A DNA stretch of 64,000 nucleotides from assembly GCA_965203485.1 (NCBI GenBank), contig OZ241892.1:3232001-3296000 (forward strand). The letters are read 5' to 3'. This document shows, in pieces, positions 39,044 to 48,220 of the stretch. The position numbers and the translations under genes were made by a program. Position 1 is the first letter of the stretch. Every line of letters begins with the position of its first letter. The notes below the pieces were generated by a model. That model did not search any database. It worked only from the letters and a program-made list of their open reading frames with translations, and had not been told where the DNA came from. Source of the stretch: Longimicrobiales bacterium. Lineage in GTDB: Bacteria; Gemmatimonadota; Gemmatimonadetes; Longimicrobiales; Gaopeijiaceae.

Positions 39044-40747
39044 ATGAAGCGGCTGTCGGAGTGTGCGGGTCGGCGCGCAACCGAGGTGGTGATCTTGGGC
39101 GGCGGCCCGGCGGGCGCGGCCGCCGCCGGGTTGCTGGGGGCCTGGGGCGTGGACGTGGCCTGGGTTTGCCGTCCCCGGCCGGTTGGCGGGCGCGACCGGT
39201 CCCTGGCGGAGTCGTTGCCGCCCAGTTGCAGGCGGGTCTTGGCGGCCACCGGATTCCTGCGCGCGGTCGAAGCCGCGGGGCTTCATGCCAACACGGGCAA
39301 CACGGCGCTCTGGCGCGGAGACCTGCGCAGCGACGACTTCGCGGAGGGGGCGGCGGGGTTTCATGTCCTGCGTTCGCGCTTCGACGGGGCGCTTCGGCGC
39401 GTGGCGGGGGCGGCGGGCGCGCGGATCGTGGCGGGCGCGGTCCGGCGGGTCGCGCGTGGGAAGGACGGCTGGCTGGCGGACGTGGACGTGGCGCCGGCCG
39501 GCGAGCGGAAGACGGTGCGGGCGCCTTGGACGCTGGACTGCACGGGGCGGGCGGGCGTAGTTGCGCGCGGGCGGCGCGTGGCCGAGGAGGCGCCGACGTT
39601 GGCTGTGGTCCGCCAGTACGAGAGCGAACGCGGATGGGACGGCGTGGACCCGGGGCATGCGCTGGTGGAGAGCTTCGACCGGGGCTGGGCTTGGTCGGTT
39701 CCCACGAGCGAACGGCGCCGTCACGTGGCCGTCATGCTCGACCCGGAGCTGGGCGGCCCGGCGGCCCGTGAGGAACTTGGAAGGCCGGCGGAGGCTTTGG
39801 ACGCCGCAATCGCCCGGACGACTCTGATGAAGGACGTCGTGGACGCAGCGCATCCGGACGGATCGGCGTGGGCGGTGGCCGCGTCGATGTACTCGTCTTC
39901 CAGCTTTGCGGCCGACCGGGCGCTGTTCGTGGGCGACGCGGGCTCTTTCGTCGATCCCATGTCGTCGTTCGGGGTGAAGAAGGCGCTTGCCTCGGGATGG
40001 CTGGCCGCGGTCGCCGTCCACACGGCGTTGCGGACCCCCGAGCTGGAGGACGTGGCGGTGGACTTCTTCTGCGCGCGCGAGCGGGAGATGTATGGGGCGC
40101 TTCGCCAGGCGCTGGCCGTGGAAGTGGCTGGACACCGAGAGCTGGGCGACGGGTTCTGGCAGCGGCGCGCGGCTTGGCTGGCGGACGGCGATGGAGCGGC
40201 GGCGGCGTCCGGCGGATTGGCCGTGGCGGGCGGGCGCGGGCACAGCCGAGGCGGCACGGAGGTGTTGCGCGGCGACCCGGCGGCCGGTGGGTCCGGAGAG
40301 AGTCGGCCTGCCCACGAGATGTTGAGCGACGCGACGGTGAAGTCGGCGTTTCGCGCTCTGCGCGAGGGGACGGGGCGCCTGGAACCCGGAACGTGGCAGG
40401 AGACGCGGCGACCCGTGGTGGACGGCAACCGGATACGGATGGCGAGGGCGTTGCTGGCGCCCCGGTTCCCGAACGGCGTGCGGTACCTGCGGGGCGTGCA
40501 CGTGCTGCAAGTCGTCCGCATGGCCGCGGGCGGCGCCGGTCCCGGCCTGCTCCACGACCGCTACTCGGCTTGGGCCGGCCGGACCAGCGCTCCTCCAACG
40601 GGAATCGCCGACTTCCTCGTCGTGCTCGCGGCGCTCGTCGCGGGCGGCGTGCTGCGGCTGTCGGAAAATCCGGCGAGCGCCGCTGGGCGAACCCCTGCCG
40701 CCGCGAATCCGGGAACCGCGCCGCCGGTCGCCAGTCGTGACAAATAA
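39044..40747 (+). CDS. qhpG: FAD-dependent halogenase-fold monooxygenase, probable QhpG (Trp hydroxylase for CTQ)
   Basis: GGGPAG, AESLPP, DCTGR, GWAW, VGDAGSFVDPMSSFGV; qhp operon 5.7 kb downstream on the same strand. Confidence 0.7.
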   Translation: MKRLSECAGRRATEVVILGGGPAGAAAAGLLGAWGVDVAWVCRPRPVGGRDRSLAESLPPSCRRVLAATGFLRAVEAAGLHANTGNTALWRGDLRSDDFAEGAAGFHVLRSRFDGALRRVAGAAGARIVAGAVRRVARGKDGWLADVDVAPAGERKTVRAPWTLDCTGRAGVVARGRRVAEEAPTLAVVRQYESERGWDGVDPGHALVESFDRGWAWSVPTSERRRHVAVMLDPELGGPAAREELGRPAEALDAAIARTTLMKDVVDAAHPDGSAWAVAASMYSSSSFAADRALFVGDAGSFVDPMSSFGVKKALASGWLAAVAVHTALRTPELEDVAVDFFCAREREMYGALRQALAVEVAGHRELGDGFWQRRAAWLADGDGAAAASGGLAVAGGRGHSRGGTEVLRGDPAAGGSGESRPAHEMLSDATVKSAFRALREGTGRLEPGTWQETRRPVVDGNRIRMARALLAPRFPNGVRYLRGVHVLQVVRMAAGGAGPGLLHDRYSAWAGRTSAPPTGIADFLVVLAALVAGGVLRLSENPASAAGRTPAAANPGTAPPVASRDK

Positions 40748-40859
40748 TACCCACAATCTGTCATGGAATCTGTCGCGGCGGCATCTTCGGGTCCCCCGTC
40801 GCGGCTCGGACAGTTCCGGCATCGACAAATTCACTCACGAATCTGTCGAAGAATCTGTC
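40739..40859. repeat. two further copies of the 36-bp tripartite motif, 85 bp apart
   Basis: GACAAATAA-TACCCA-CAATCTGTC-ATG-GAATCTGTC and GACAAATTC-ACTCAC-GAATCTGTC-GAA-GAATCTGTC. Confidence 0.75.
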
Positions 40860-40865
40860 GCGCCC

Positions 40866-41000
40866 CCGAGCCAGCAACGAGGCGAGCCCGTCCGCTGTCT
40901 CCGAACCGAACTTGCGACGAGCTAGGCGAACCAAGTGGCCTGCTCCTGTCGGCGGTCCTTCGTTCGCCCTTCCTCGAGGCCCCTTGCGGCGTTCTTCCAC
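40866..41000 (-). pseudogene. C-terminal remnant of an Rpn/PD-(D/E)XK-transposase-like protein
   Basis: GLEEGRTKDRRQEQA, frameshift, LVRLARRKFGSETADGLASLL. Confidence 0.5.
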
Positions 41001-41053
41001 GCGCTCCGCGCCCCAGAACGCATGCACGACCGGCTCCAGGTCGTTCGGTGGTT

Positions 41054-42208
41054 CTACCCAAGCCGCGTCGCCAGTTCGGCTGCCGGGACCGCATGAACGC
41101 CGTCGGCCATCCGATAGCTCGCCGTGCCGGCGTGGACGATGTCCAGCCGGTGAAGCTTCAGAGTGTCCTTCGAGGAGCGCATGGACTTCGTGAGGCGGGG
41201 AGCGTCGGAGCGCTTGACCTCGAAGCCGAGGCGACGGGCGCCGTCCAGCACGAGCAGATCGAGTTCGGCGCCGGAATGCGTGGACCAGTGGTAGCACTGC
41301 TCCGGACGCGCGGCCAGCAAGTGCACGATCTGCTGAACTACGAAGCCCTCCCAAGAGGCTCCGACCTTGGGGTGCGAGGCCACGTCGTCTCGCGTCGCGA
41401 GGCCCAGCAAGGCGTGGAGGATACCCGAGTCGGCGACGTAGACCTTGGGTGAACGCACCTGCCTCTTGCGGATGTTCTCGAACCAGGGTTGGAGCTGTCG
41501 CACCATGTACACCGAGGCGAGCAGGTCGAGATAGCGCCGCACGGTGGTGTGGGCGACGCCGAACGCGCGCCCGAACTCGGCTCCGTTCCAGACCTGCCCG
41601 TGCCAGTGGGCCAGCATCGTCCAGAATCGGCGCAGGGTGGTCGTGGACACCGCGCTTCCCAAGCTGGGGAGGTCTCGCGCCAGCAAAGTGTGGACGAAAT
41701 TGTCGCGCCAACGTAGGCTGGCCGCCTCTGAAGCCGCCAAGTACGACCGCGGGAAGCTTCCGCGCAACCACGTCCGCTCGATGTCGTCCACCTCGGTCAG
41801 GCCGAAGCCGTCCAGGTGGTGGAAGGCGGCCCGCCCGGCCAGGGACTCGGACGTGCGGCCAACGAGATCCGGCGAAGCGCTTCCGAGCAACAGAAATCGG
41901 GCCGGCGTCTGCGGGCGATCGGCCAAGACCCGGAGCAACTCGAACAGCTCCGGCAAGCGCTGAATCTCGTCCAGCACGACGAGCCCTCGGAGAGGCCGAA
42001 GTTCCAGGCTGGGCTCGGCGAGTCTGGCTTGATCGGGCGGGTCTTCCAAGTCGAACCATGTGACCGGACCGTCGCTGGACGCCGCCAGTTGTCGGGCCAG
42101 AGTCGTCTTGCCGACCTGTCGCGCGCCCAGCAGGACGACGACGGGAAACTCGGCCAGCAACAGCCGAAGACGATCCAGATGCCTTTCGCGGAGGATCTCC
42201 ATAATCAT
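41054..42208 (-). CDS. AAA_14 ATPase plus DUF4143 protein
   Basis: GARQVGKTT, LDEIQ, LGSAS, ESLAGR, SPKVYVADSG, ELDL...FEVK. Confidence 0.92.
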   Translation of the reverse strand: MIMEILRERHLDRLRLLLAEFPVVVLLGARQVGKTTLARQLAASSDGPVTWFDLEDPPDQARLAEPSLELRPLRGLVVLDEIQRLPELFELLRVLADRPQTPARFLLLGSASPDLVGRTSESLAGRAAFHHLDGFGLTEVDDIERTWLRGSFPRSYLAASEAASLRWRDNFVHTLLARDLPSLGSAVSTTTLRRFWTMLAHWHGQVWNGAEFGRAFGVAHTTVRRYLDLLASVYMVRQLQPWFENIRKRQVRSPKVYVADSGILHALLGLATRDDVASHPKVGASWEGFVVQQIVHLLAARPEQCYHWSTHSGAELDLLVLDGARRLGFEVKRSDAPRLTKSMRSSKDTLKLHRLDIVHAGTASYRMADGVHAVPAAELATRLG

Positions 42209-42243
42209 TGAAATATGAGCGATGAATGCACAGATTTCAATGA
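42205..42243. promoter_or_regulatory. 16-bp imperfect inverted repeat over the AAA-DUF4143 start
   Basis: TCATTGAAATATGAGC-7nt-GCACAGATTTCAATGA, 2 mismatches. Confidence 0.65.
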
Positions 42244-42434
42244 TGAAATCGGCGTCCTCGCCTCCAGCTGTTCCCCAACTGCGGCGATTCCGCTAGACGG
42301 AGATCGAATCCAAGTCGGGCGCCACGCCACGCCACGAAGGTCGCCTGCAAGCCGGGGACGGAGGTGGCCCGGGGGTAGAGCGCTGGTTCCGACAGGCCCG
42401 GCCTAGGCGCGCGGCGCGTCGGCGCAAGACTTGG

Positions 42435-43079
42435 TCAGCCGATGCCCTCCGCCTTCAGCAGGAGCTCCAGGTGCTGCTCGGCCTGCGCCAAGCCGCCCTC
42501 GCCCTCGCGCCACGACGCGCGTCCGTCCTCGTCGGCGTCCTTCCCGTTCACGACGGCCTCGAGCGTCGCCAAGATGCCCTCCGCCAGCCCGTGGGCCTGG
42601 GCCGCGTCCATCGCGGACTCGACTTCCTGGGCCTTCTCCAGCACGCTCTCGGCCCACATGGCCACGTTCCGGGCGGCGGTCGCGACGTGCTCCGCGTGCG
42701 TCTTGATCGCGTCTGCGGCGCCGTCGGCTTCAGCCGCCATTCCAATGTGGGCGGCCACGCCCTCGGCGGCGCGCACCAGGCCGTAGCCCTTGCCCGGGCC
42801 TCCGCCGTCCTCGGAGGGCTGCACGGCGTGCACGACGTGCCCGATGTGCCGCTTGATGGCGTCGAGGTCCTCCGCACCGGCCGCCAAGCGGGCGTGTTGC
42901 AGCGCGATCTCGGCTTCGGCGCGGGCAGTGGCGAGCAATCCGGCTTCGTCCGGCGTGCCGCGGAAGCTCTCCGAGACGTGCCTGACGTGGTTGTGGCCGG
43001 CCTGGGCCGACGCGGACGAGGGCGCTAGCGCGAGTGCGGCTGTTGCGGCCAGGGCGATGGGGGTCGTTCTGGGTCTCAT
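42435..43079 (-). CDS. secreted His-rich helical protein
   Basis: Signal peptide ending ASA-Q; 12 His in helical spacing; DADEDG motif. Confidence 0.75.
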   Translation of the reverse strand: MRPRTTPIALAATAALALAPSSASAQAGHNHVRHVSESFRGTPDEAGLLATARAEAEIALQHARLAAGAEDLDAIKRHIGHVVHAVQPSEDGGGPGKGYGLVRAAEGVAAHIGMAAEADGAADAIKTHAEHVATAARNVAMWAESVLEKAQEVESAMDAAQAHGLAEGILATLEAVVNGKDADEDGRASWREGEGGLAQAEQHLELLLKAEGIG

Positions 43080-43198
43080 GATCGTGCTCCAGATGGGGGT
43101 CTTGTCGGCGCGTCGATGGGCGCGCGGAACGCATGGAGGCAAGATACGACCTCCCCCTGTCGTCGGCCAGATCCGCGCCCGTCCAGCTGGCTTGCCAC

Positions 43199-43213
43199 TG
43201 GAATTGCCGTTGC
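43199..43213 (+). promoter_or_regulatory. possible sigma54 promoter
   Basis: TGGAAT-N5-TTGC (GG-N10-GC) about 100 nt upstream of the OMP start. Confidence 0.35.
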
Positions 43214-43313
43214 GAACGTTGGACGAGTCCCATGACCTGTCGGCGGGATGAGCGATCCCTGAATTCCGCCGATTCCTGCGCTGGGCACCGACTTGAGAGG
43301 AGACAATTGAACG

Positions 43314-43956
43314 ATGAGGACGAGAACGGCCGCATCCTGGGCCCTCGCGTCGGCGGCGTGGGCGGCAGCCGCTCCCGTCTTCGCGCAACCTCTTTCCCCG
43401 TGCCGTCCAACGCGAAACGCTGATGGGCGCGCGCGGCGGGGCGAGCGTCGCCAGCACTTCGGCGACCGACGAGAGCGGGGCCAAGAGCCGCACCGGTCTT
43501 GCGGTCGGCGTCTTCCTGGAGGCGCCGGTCTCCACGGCTCTTGCTGTCCAGGTGGAGGGGGCCTACGTCCAGAAAGGCGCCGCCTGGGACGCCGGAACCG
43601 TCGAGTTCAATTACGTGGACTTCGGTGTGCTCTTGAAGGCGGGCACGAGCGCGATGCCCTCGCTCTACGCGTTTGCCGGACCCACCTTGGGACTCAACGT
43701 GGCCTGTCGGGTCAGAGCCCGGAGCGCGGGCGCCGAGCTGTCGCTCGAGTGCGACGATCTGGACGACCGACTACGAGCTGAGAGGGCGACTTTCGGGGCG
43801 AAGGGTGGAGTCGGAGCCGCCATGCGGGTCGGCGAGTCCGTGAGGCTGTCGCTCGACGTGGCGTACGCGCTGGATCTGACCGACGCCGTCGAGGGAAGCG
43901 ACGCGAAGAACCGCGGATTCCTGATCCAGGCCGGAGCCGCGATTCCGCTAGGATGA
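43314..43956 (+). pseudogene. outer-membrane beta-barrel protein, frameshifted after the signal peptide
   Basis: GAGAGGAG RBS and signal peptide (AAAAPVFA-Q) in one frame; barrel (GARGG..QVEGAYVQKG..YAFAGP..KNRGF..IPLG) in the +1 frame. Confidence 0.7.
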
Positions 43957-44164
43957 CGTTGCTGGCTAGATGCTTGGCTAGAGTCCGCCCCATCGCCTGC
44001 GCCAGTCGGCGCACATCTAAGCTCAAGGCCGGGCTCGGCGCACTTGGCTTGGTCAGCGGGTCGTCTTGCCGACCTGTACTTCCCGCAAGACAATGACGGG
44101 GGAACTCGGAACCTTCAATCCTTGAAGGGGGCCTCGCAGTTTTCGGTTGTCAAACTACTTCCGT

Positions 44165-44902
44165 TCACCGTGGCCTTTCTCTCGTCGGTGTCATGATTAT
44201 GTCGTAGACGCTTCCCCACTCGATTCGGCCCTCTTTCACCACACATCCTGTTCTGCGAAAGTACTTTACCATCTTCTCCCGAGCGAGTTCGCGAGCATCA
44301 GCCAGTCCATTGGCCGCATGGTGCTCAATGACCTTCAGAACAGCCTTGCCGGCGTCAGCCCAGCCAGATATGTCCAACCAAAAGGCGTTGCCAACGATCT
44401 TGAGGTGGGAACCCACATCCCTTATGCCGCTCGGGCCATAGCAGATGCCTTCAACGCAACGTGCGGTCACGCCGCCTTGCCGGAGCCGTCTTGTTGCCGC
44501 TTGGAAATCCGAGACAAGCCGCTTATGTTGGCTGGCATTGCCCCATTTCGTGCCGGACTTGACCTGCACTATCGTCCGTTTTCCGGCCTCGTCGAATTCA
44601 AGGTCAATGCCCTCGCTACTGGATTTCGTTCCATTCTTCGCCGCCTTGCACACCGATACGGCAATGCCTTCCAAGATGTCGCCAAAACGAGTCTCTTCGC
44701 TGGACGACAGAAATGCATCGATCAAGCGATCGGCAAATTGCTCAGGACCATCCGGCGCGCGAGCTCGGAAGAGAAAAGGATTTTTCTCGATCAGGTCATG
44801 AGGTTGAACATTGGCAATTTTTTCCTGCATCCAATTGGCGAAGTCCTCAACCGCAGAATGAATCTCCGGTTCAGCGTTCGACCACCAATCAGGCGGCGAC
44901 AC
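44165..44902 (-). CDS. type II restriction endonuclease (PmeII-family-like, PD-(D/E)XK)
   Basis: KNPFLFRA, SSSEETRFG, GIDLEF, VQVKSG..WGN, G..FW..ISG; GTG overlapping the MTase end. Confidence 0.8.
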   Translation of the reverse strand: MSPPDWWSNAEPEIHSAVEDFANWMQEKIANVQPHDLIEKNPFLFRARAPDGPEQFADRLIDAFLSSSEETRFGDILEGIAVSVCKAAKNGTKSSSEGIDLEFDEAGKRTIVQVKSGTKWGNASQHKRLVSDFQAATRRLRQGGVTARCVEGICYGPSGIRDVGSHLKIVGNAFWLDISGWADAGKAVLKVIEHHAANGLADARELAREKMVKYFRRTGCVVKEGRIEWGSVYDIIMTPTRERPR

Positions 44903-45719
44903 TTCCCAGTCCAATCGCCTGGCGCATGGCCTCACAATATTCCACGTGCGTGTCGATGCCGATGGCGTTTCGTCCAAGCTCCAACGCAACCACCAACGCC
45001 GTGCCGCTTCCCGCAAACGGATCCAAGACCACATCGCCTTCGTCTGTGAACAACTTGATGAACCATTCGGGCAACGCCTTCGGAAACGCGGCAGGATGTC
45101 CTTTGAAGGCACACTCCGTAGCCATGTGCAGCACGTTGGTTGGATAGGCCATATCGCGTCCGATCCAGTTCTCTACACGCTTTCCGAAGCCGTTCTCGTG
45201 CTTGGATTCATCTCGCGTGCGGTCGGTCTTTGACAGATTCCGCAAGCGAGCGTTTTTCCAGTCGCCCATTGGAACCATTACCGCTTCTTGACGCATCTTG
45301 AATGTCCGACTGACGGTGAAGTGCAGCAAGCGTTCCCATGAATCACGGAAGCGGTTGGGCCACTTGCCGGGATAGCAGTTCTTCTTGTGCCAACAGTATT
45401 CGTCTACCAAGCGCCAGCCTTGTTGGCGGCGCATGGCAAGCACCAAGTCGTAGACGTAAGGGTGCTTCTCTCCCCCGACAGCTTTTTCCTTGATGTTTAG
45501 AACGAAAGAGCCGTCACTAGCCAAGGAGTCCTTGAAGGCCCTGGCACGGGGCAAGAACCAATCAACGTAGTCGTCGGCGCGGATGCCGCCGTAGTTGCCT
45601 GTGCGCTGGTCAGCATATGGCGGTGAAGTGACGATTAGGTTCACGGAGCGAGGCGCAATGCGCCCGTCCGTCAGAACGTCCAAACAGTCACCCTCAAAAA
45701 CGGTCGCGGTTGTCTTCAT
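44889..45719 (-). CDS. site-specific DNA methyltransferase, beta class (SPPY, probably N4-C)
   Basis: TSPPY precedes HPAAFP and VLDPFAGSGT. Confidence 0.92.
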   Translation of the reverse strand: MKTTATVFEGDCLDVLTDGRIAPRSVNLIVTSPPYADQRTGNYGGIRADDYVDWFLPRARAFKDSLASDGSFVLNIKEKAVGGEKHPYVYDLVLAMRRQQGWRLVDEYCWHKKNCYPGKWPNRFRDSWERLLHFTVSRTFKMRQEAVMVPMGDWKNARLRNLSKTDRTRDESKHENGFGKRVENWIGRDMAYPTNVLHMATECAFKGHPAAFPKALPEWFIKLFTDEGDVVLDPFAGSGTALVVALELGRNAIGIDTHVEYCEAMRQAIGLGSVAA

Positions 45720-46453
45720 GCCGGCATTTACCTTGGTGAATTCGTTGTTGTCGGAATTCGGGTTGTTGCAGGATTATGTGCTAGCTGCGAACAGCCGGTG
45801 CGAACGTCGGATGCTTGCAAGCTCTGATTCGAGCCGGTGTTCATGCGTTCGCGGCCGTCGAACAGACGGGGCTGGAAGATCGCCCGCGAGTCGGCCACAG
45901 GTCAAGACGGATTCGGACTCTCCGAGCCGTATGGGCAAACAGTTGGAGCATCAGCCACGACTATTCGGTAGATTGGGTCGGGAGCGATAGGAGACGCAAT
46001 GAAGATACGCAATCGGGAGTCGAGATCAAGAGCGCCCCACGTCCGCAGGACCCCTTCCTCGGCCTCAGGCCCTCTTGGATCGGGCGTTCACTCGCAAAGT
46101 GAGCGAGCACCCCGCGCGCCTCCTGTCTCGACCGGCTCGCGTCTCGGCGAGACAGAGGCCACGTCGTCGCGTTGAGGTGGGAGCCCAGCCCTCGTAGCCT
46201 GCGGCCCGTACGACTAGCCGGGTCAGCAAAGGTGATTTGCTCTGACGGTACGAGCCTCGAGCACGCCGTCGCCGGCGTATTGCCACCGACGCAACTCCGC
46301 GCCGATCCGACCGTGGGAGTCGGGCCGGTGGCGACTATCATTGGCGTCCGGCTTGCCATCTGGCCGCTCGCACGCCAGGTTGATGATTCCGGGCCGCGTC
46401 GCCGATGCACCCGGCGGACGCGAGGAGCGCGGAGCCAGGAAGGATCGCCCACC

Positions 46454-48220
46454 ATGAAGAGATGCGGTCGCGGAATAAGCCTGGCGCGACGGTCCGGCTG
46501 TCGGACGACCGTCGGACGGTGCTGGCTATCCCGAGTCCTCTCGGCCCTGGCCGCCGCCCTCTTCGCCTCCCTCTTCCCGCCGCACTCCGCCCGCGCCCAG
46601 GACGCCGCGCCCGCCGGCATTCCCGTGCGCGACCAGACGACCGTCGAAGCGTGCAGCCGTTGCCACGCGGTGGACGACGACGGCCTCATGTCGCGCGTCT
46701 CCTGGATGCGCAAGACGCCCGAGGGGTGGCAGCAGTCGATCCGGCGCATGGCGATGCTGAACGACGTGGAGCTGGAGCCGGAGACGGCTCGGCGGATCGT
46801 GCGCTACCTGTCGGACCACCACGGCTTGGCGCCGGACGAGCTCGCGCCGGGCCGCTTCGAGGTCGAGCGCAGGCTGGTGGACTACGCCTACGAGGCGGAC
46901 GAGGACGTCGCATACACGTGCAGCCGGTGCCATTCAATGGGCAGAACGGTCACGCAGCGGCGCACGAAGGAGGAGTGGGAGCTCCTGATGGCGATGCACC
47001 GCGGGTACTATCCGCTGTCGGACACGCAGGGGTTTCGGCGCATCGGGCCGCCCGCGCCGGACGCGACCGACGCGCGGCATCCGGTGGAGAAGGCGGTGGC
47101 CCACCTGTCCAAGGAATTCCCGCTCGAGACGGCGGCCTGGTCGGAGTGGTCGGCCACGATGCGCCCGCCGCGCTTGGCCGGGACGTGGGCGCTGCGGGGG
47201 CACGATCCCGGACGCGGTCCGGTCTACGGCACGGTCGAGATCGAGGCCGGGCCGGACGCCGGCGGCTTCGTGACGACGACGCGGTACGTGAACGCCCGCA
47301 CGCGCGAGGAGGTGCGGCGGACCGGGCGCGCGATCGTCTACACGGGGTACCAGTGGAGGGGCCGCTCCTTCGAGGGCGGAGACGAGTCGAAGGCGTACCG
47401 CGAAGTGATGATGGTGGGGCGCGGCTGGGACGAGATGGACGGGCGCTGGTTCGCCGGGGCCTACGACGAGTTCGGGCCGGACGTGACGCTGGTGCGGGCG
47501 GACGGGCCGGTGCTGCTGGGGATGCATCCGGGCGCGCTTCGGCCGGGCGCGGGCGCGGTCGTGCGCGTGCACGGGGTGAACTTGCCGGACGGTCTGTCGT
47601 CGGCCGATCTGGACTTCGGGCCCGGCGTCGAAGTCTCGGCGGTGCTAGGGAGCGGGCCGGAGCTGCTGGAGGCCCGTGTGGCGGTGGCCGAGGACGCTGC
47701 GCCCGGTCCCCGCGACGTGTTCGTGGGCGGGCGCGCCGTGCCCGGGCAGCTGGCCGTCTACCGGACGGTGGACAGGGTGGCGGTGACGCCGCGGGCAGGG
47801 ATGGCGCGGATCGGCGGCGCCGCGTTCCCCAAAGGGTACGCCCAGTTCGAGGCGGAGGGGTTCAGCGACGGACCCGACGGCAAGCCGTCCACGGACGACG
47901 ACTTGGCGCTGGGGTGGCTGGACGTGGACTGGTCGATGGAGGAGTACGCGGCGGTGTTCGACGACGACGACATCGCCTACGTGGGCGAACTGGGCGAAGA
48001 CGGCCTGTTCGAGCCCGCCGTGGACGGTCCCAATCCGAGCCGCGCCGGGATGCGCAACAACGTGGGCGACGTTTGGGTAGTGGCGACGTACCGGGGGCCG
48101 AACGGCGAGACCGTGCGCGGACGGGCCCACTTGGTGGTGACGGTGCCGCTCTACATGCGCTGGGAGCCCTGGCGCGTCGAAGAGGCGGCGGCGCCCGCCA
48201 TGCCGGAGAACGGCAGATGA
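46454..48220 (+). CDS. qhpA: quinohemoprotein amine dehydrogenase alpha subunit (di-heme c)
   Basis: Signal peptide; two CSRCH; RKTPEGW, QRRT..EW, YTGYQWRG, ARIGG, GPNP.R...NNVG, LVVTV. Confidence 0.93.
   Translation: MKRCGRGISLARRSGCRTTVGRCWLSRVLSALAAALFASLFPPHSARAQDAAPAGIPVRDQTTVEACSRCHAVDDDGLMSRVSWMRKTPEGWQQSIRRMAMLNDVELEPETARRIVRYLSDHHGLAPDELAPGRFEVERRLVDYAYEADEDVAYTCSRCHSMGRTVTQRRTKEEWELLMAMHRGYYPLSDTQGFRRIGPPAPDATDARHPVEKAVAHLSKEFPLETAAWSEWSATMRPPRLAGTWALRGHDPGRGPVYGTVEIEAGPDAGGFVTTTRYVNARTREEVRRTGRAIVYTGYQWRGRSFEGGDESKAYREVMMVGRGWDEMDGRWFAGAYDEFGPDVTLVRADGPVLLGMHPGALRPGAGAVVRVHGVNLPDGLSSADLDFGPGVEVSAVLGSGPELLEARVAVAEDAAPGPRDVFVGGRAVPGQLAVYRTVDRVAVTPRAGMARIGGAAFPKGYAQFEAEGFSDGPDGKPSTDDDLALGWLDVDWSMEEYAAVFDDDDIAYVGELGEDGLFEPAVDGPNPSRAGMRNNVGDVWVVATYRGPNGETVRGRAHLVVTVPLYMRWEPWRVEEAAAPAMPENGR

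Noticed and set aside
39044..40747. Tryptophan halogenase of a natural-product cluster
   Set aside because: No biosynthetic neighbours; the nearby qhp operon otherwise lacks qhpG, which has this fold
40739..40862. Two 36-bp repeats with a 49-bp spacer as a mini CRISPR array
   Set aside because: Only two degenerate copies, internal spacers vary, no cas genes, and a third copy lies inside a CDS
44112..44128. CCTTCAA-TCC-TTGAAGG hairpin as a terminator
   Set aside because: Short stem with no adjacent U-tract; too weak to call
45232..45240. Single GACAGATTC box in the MTase gene
   Set aside because: Lacks the partner boxes; likely chance
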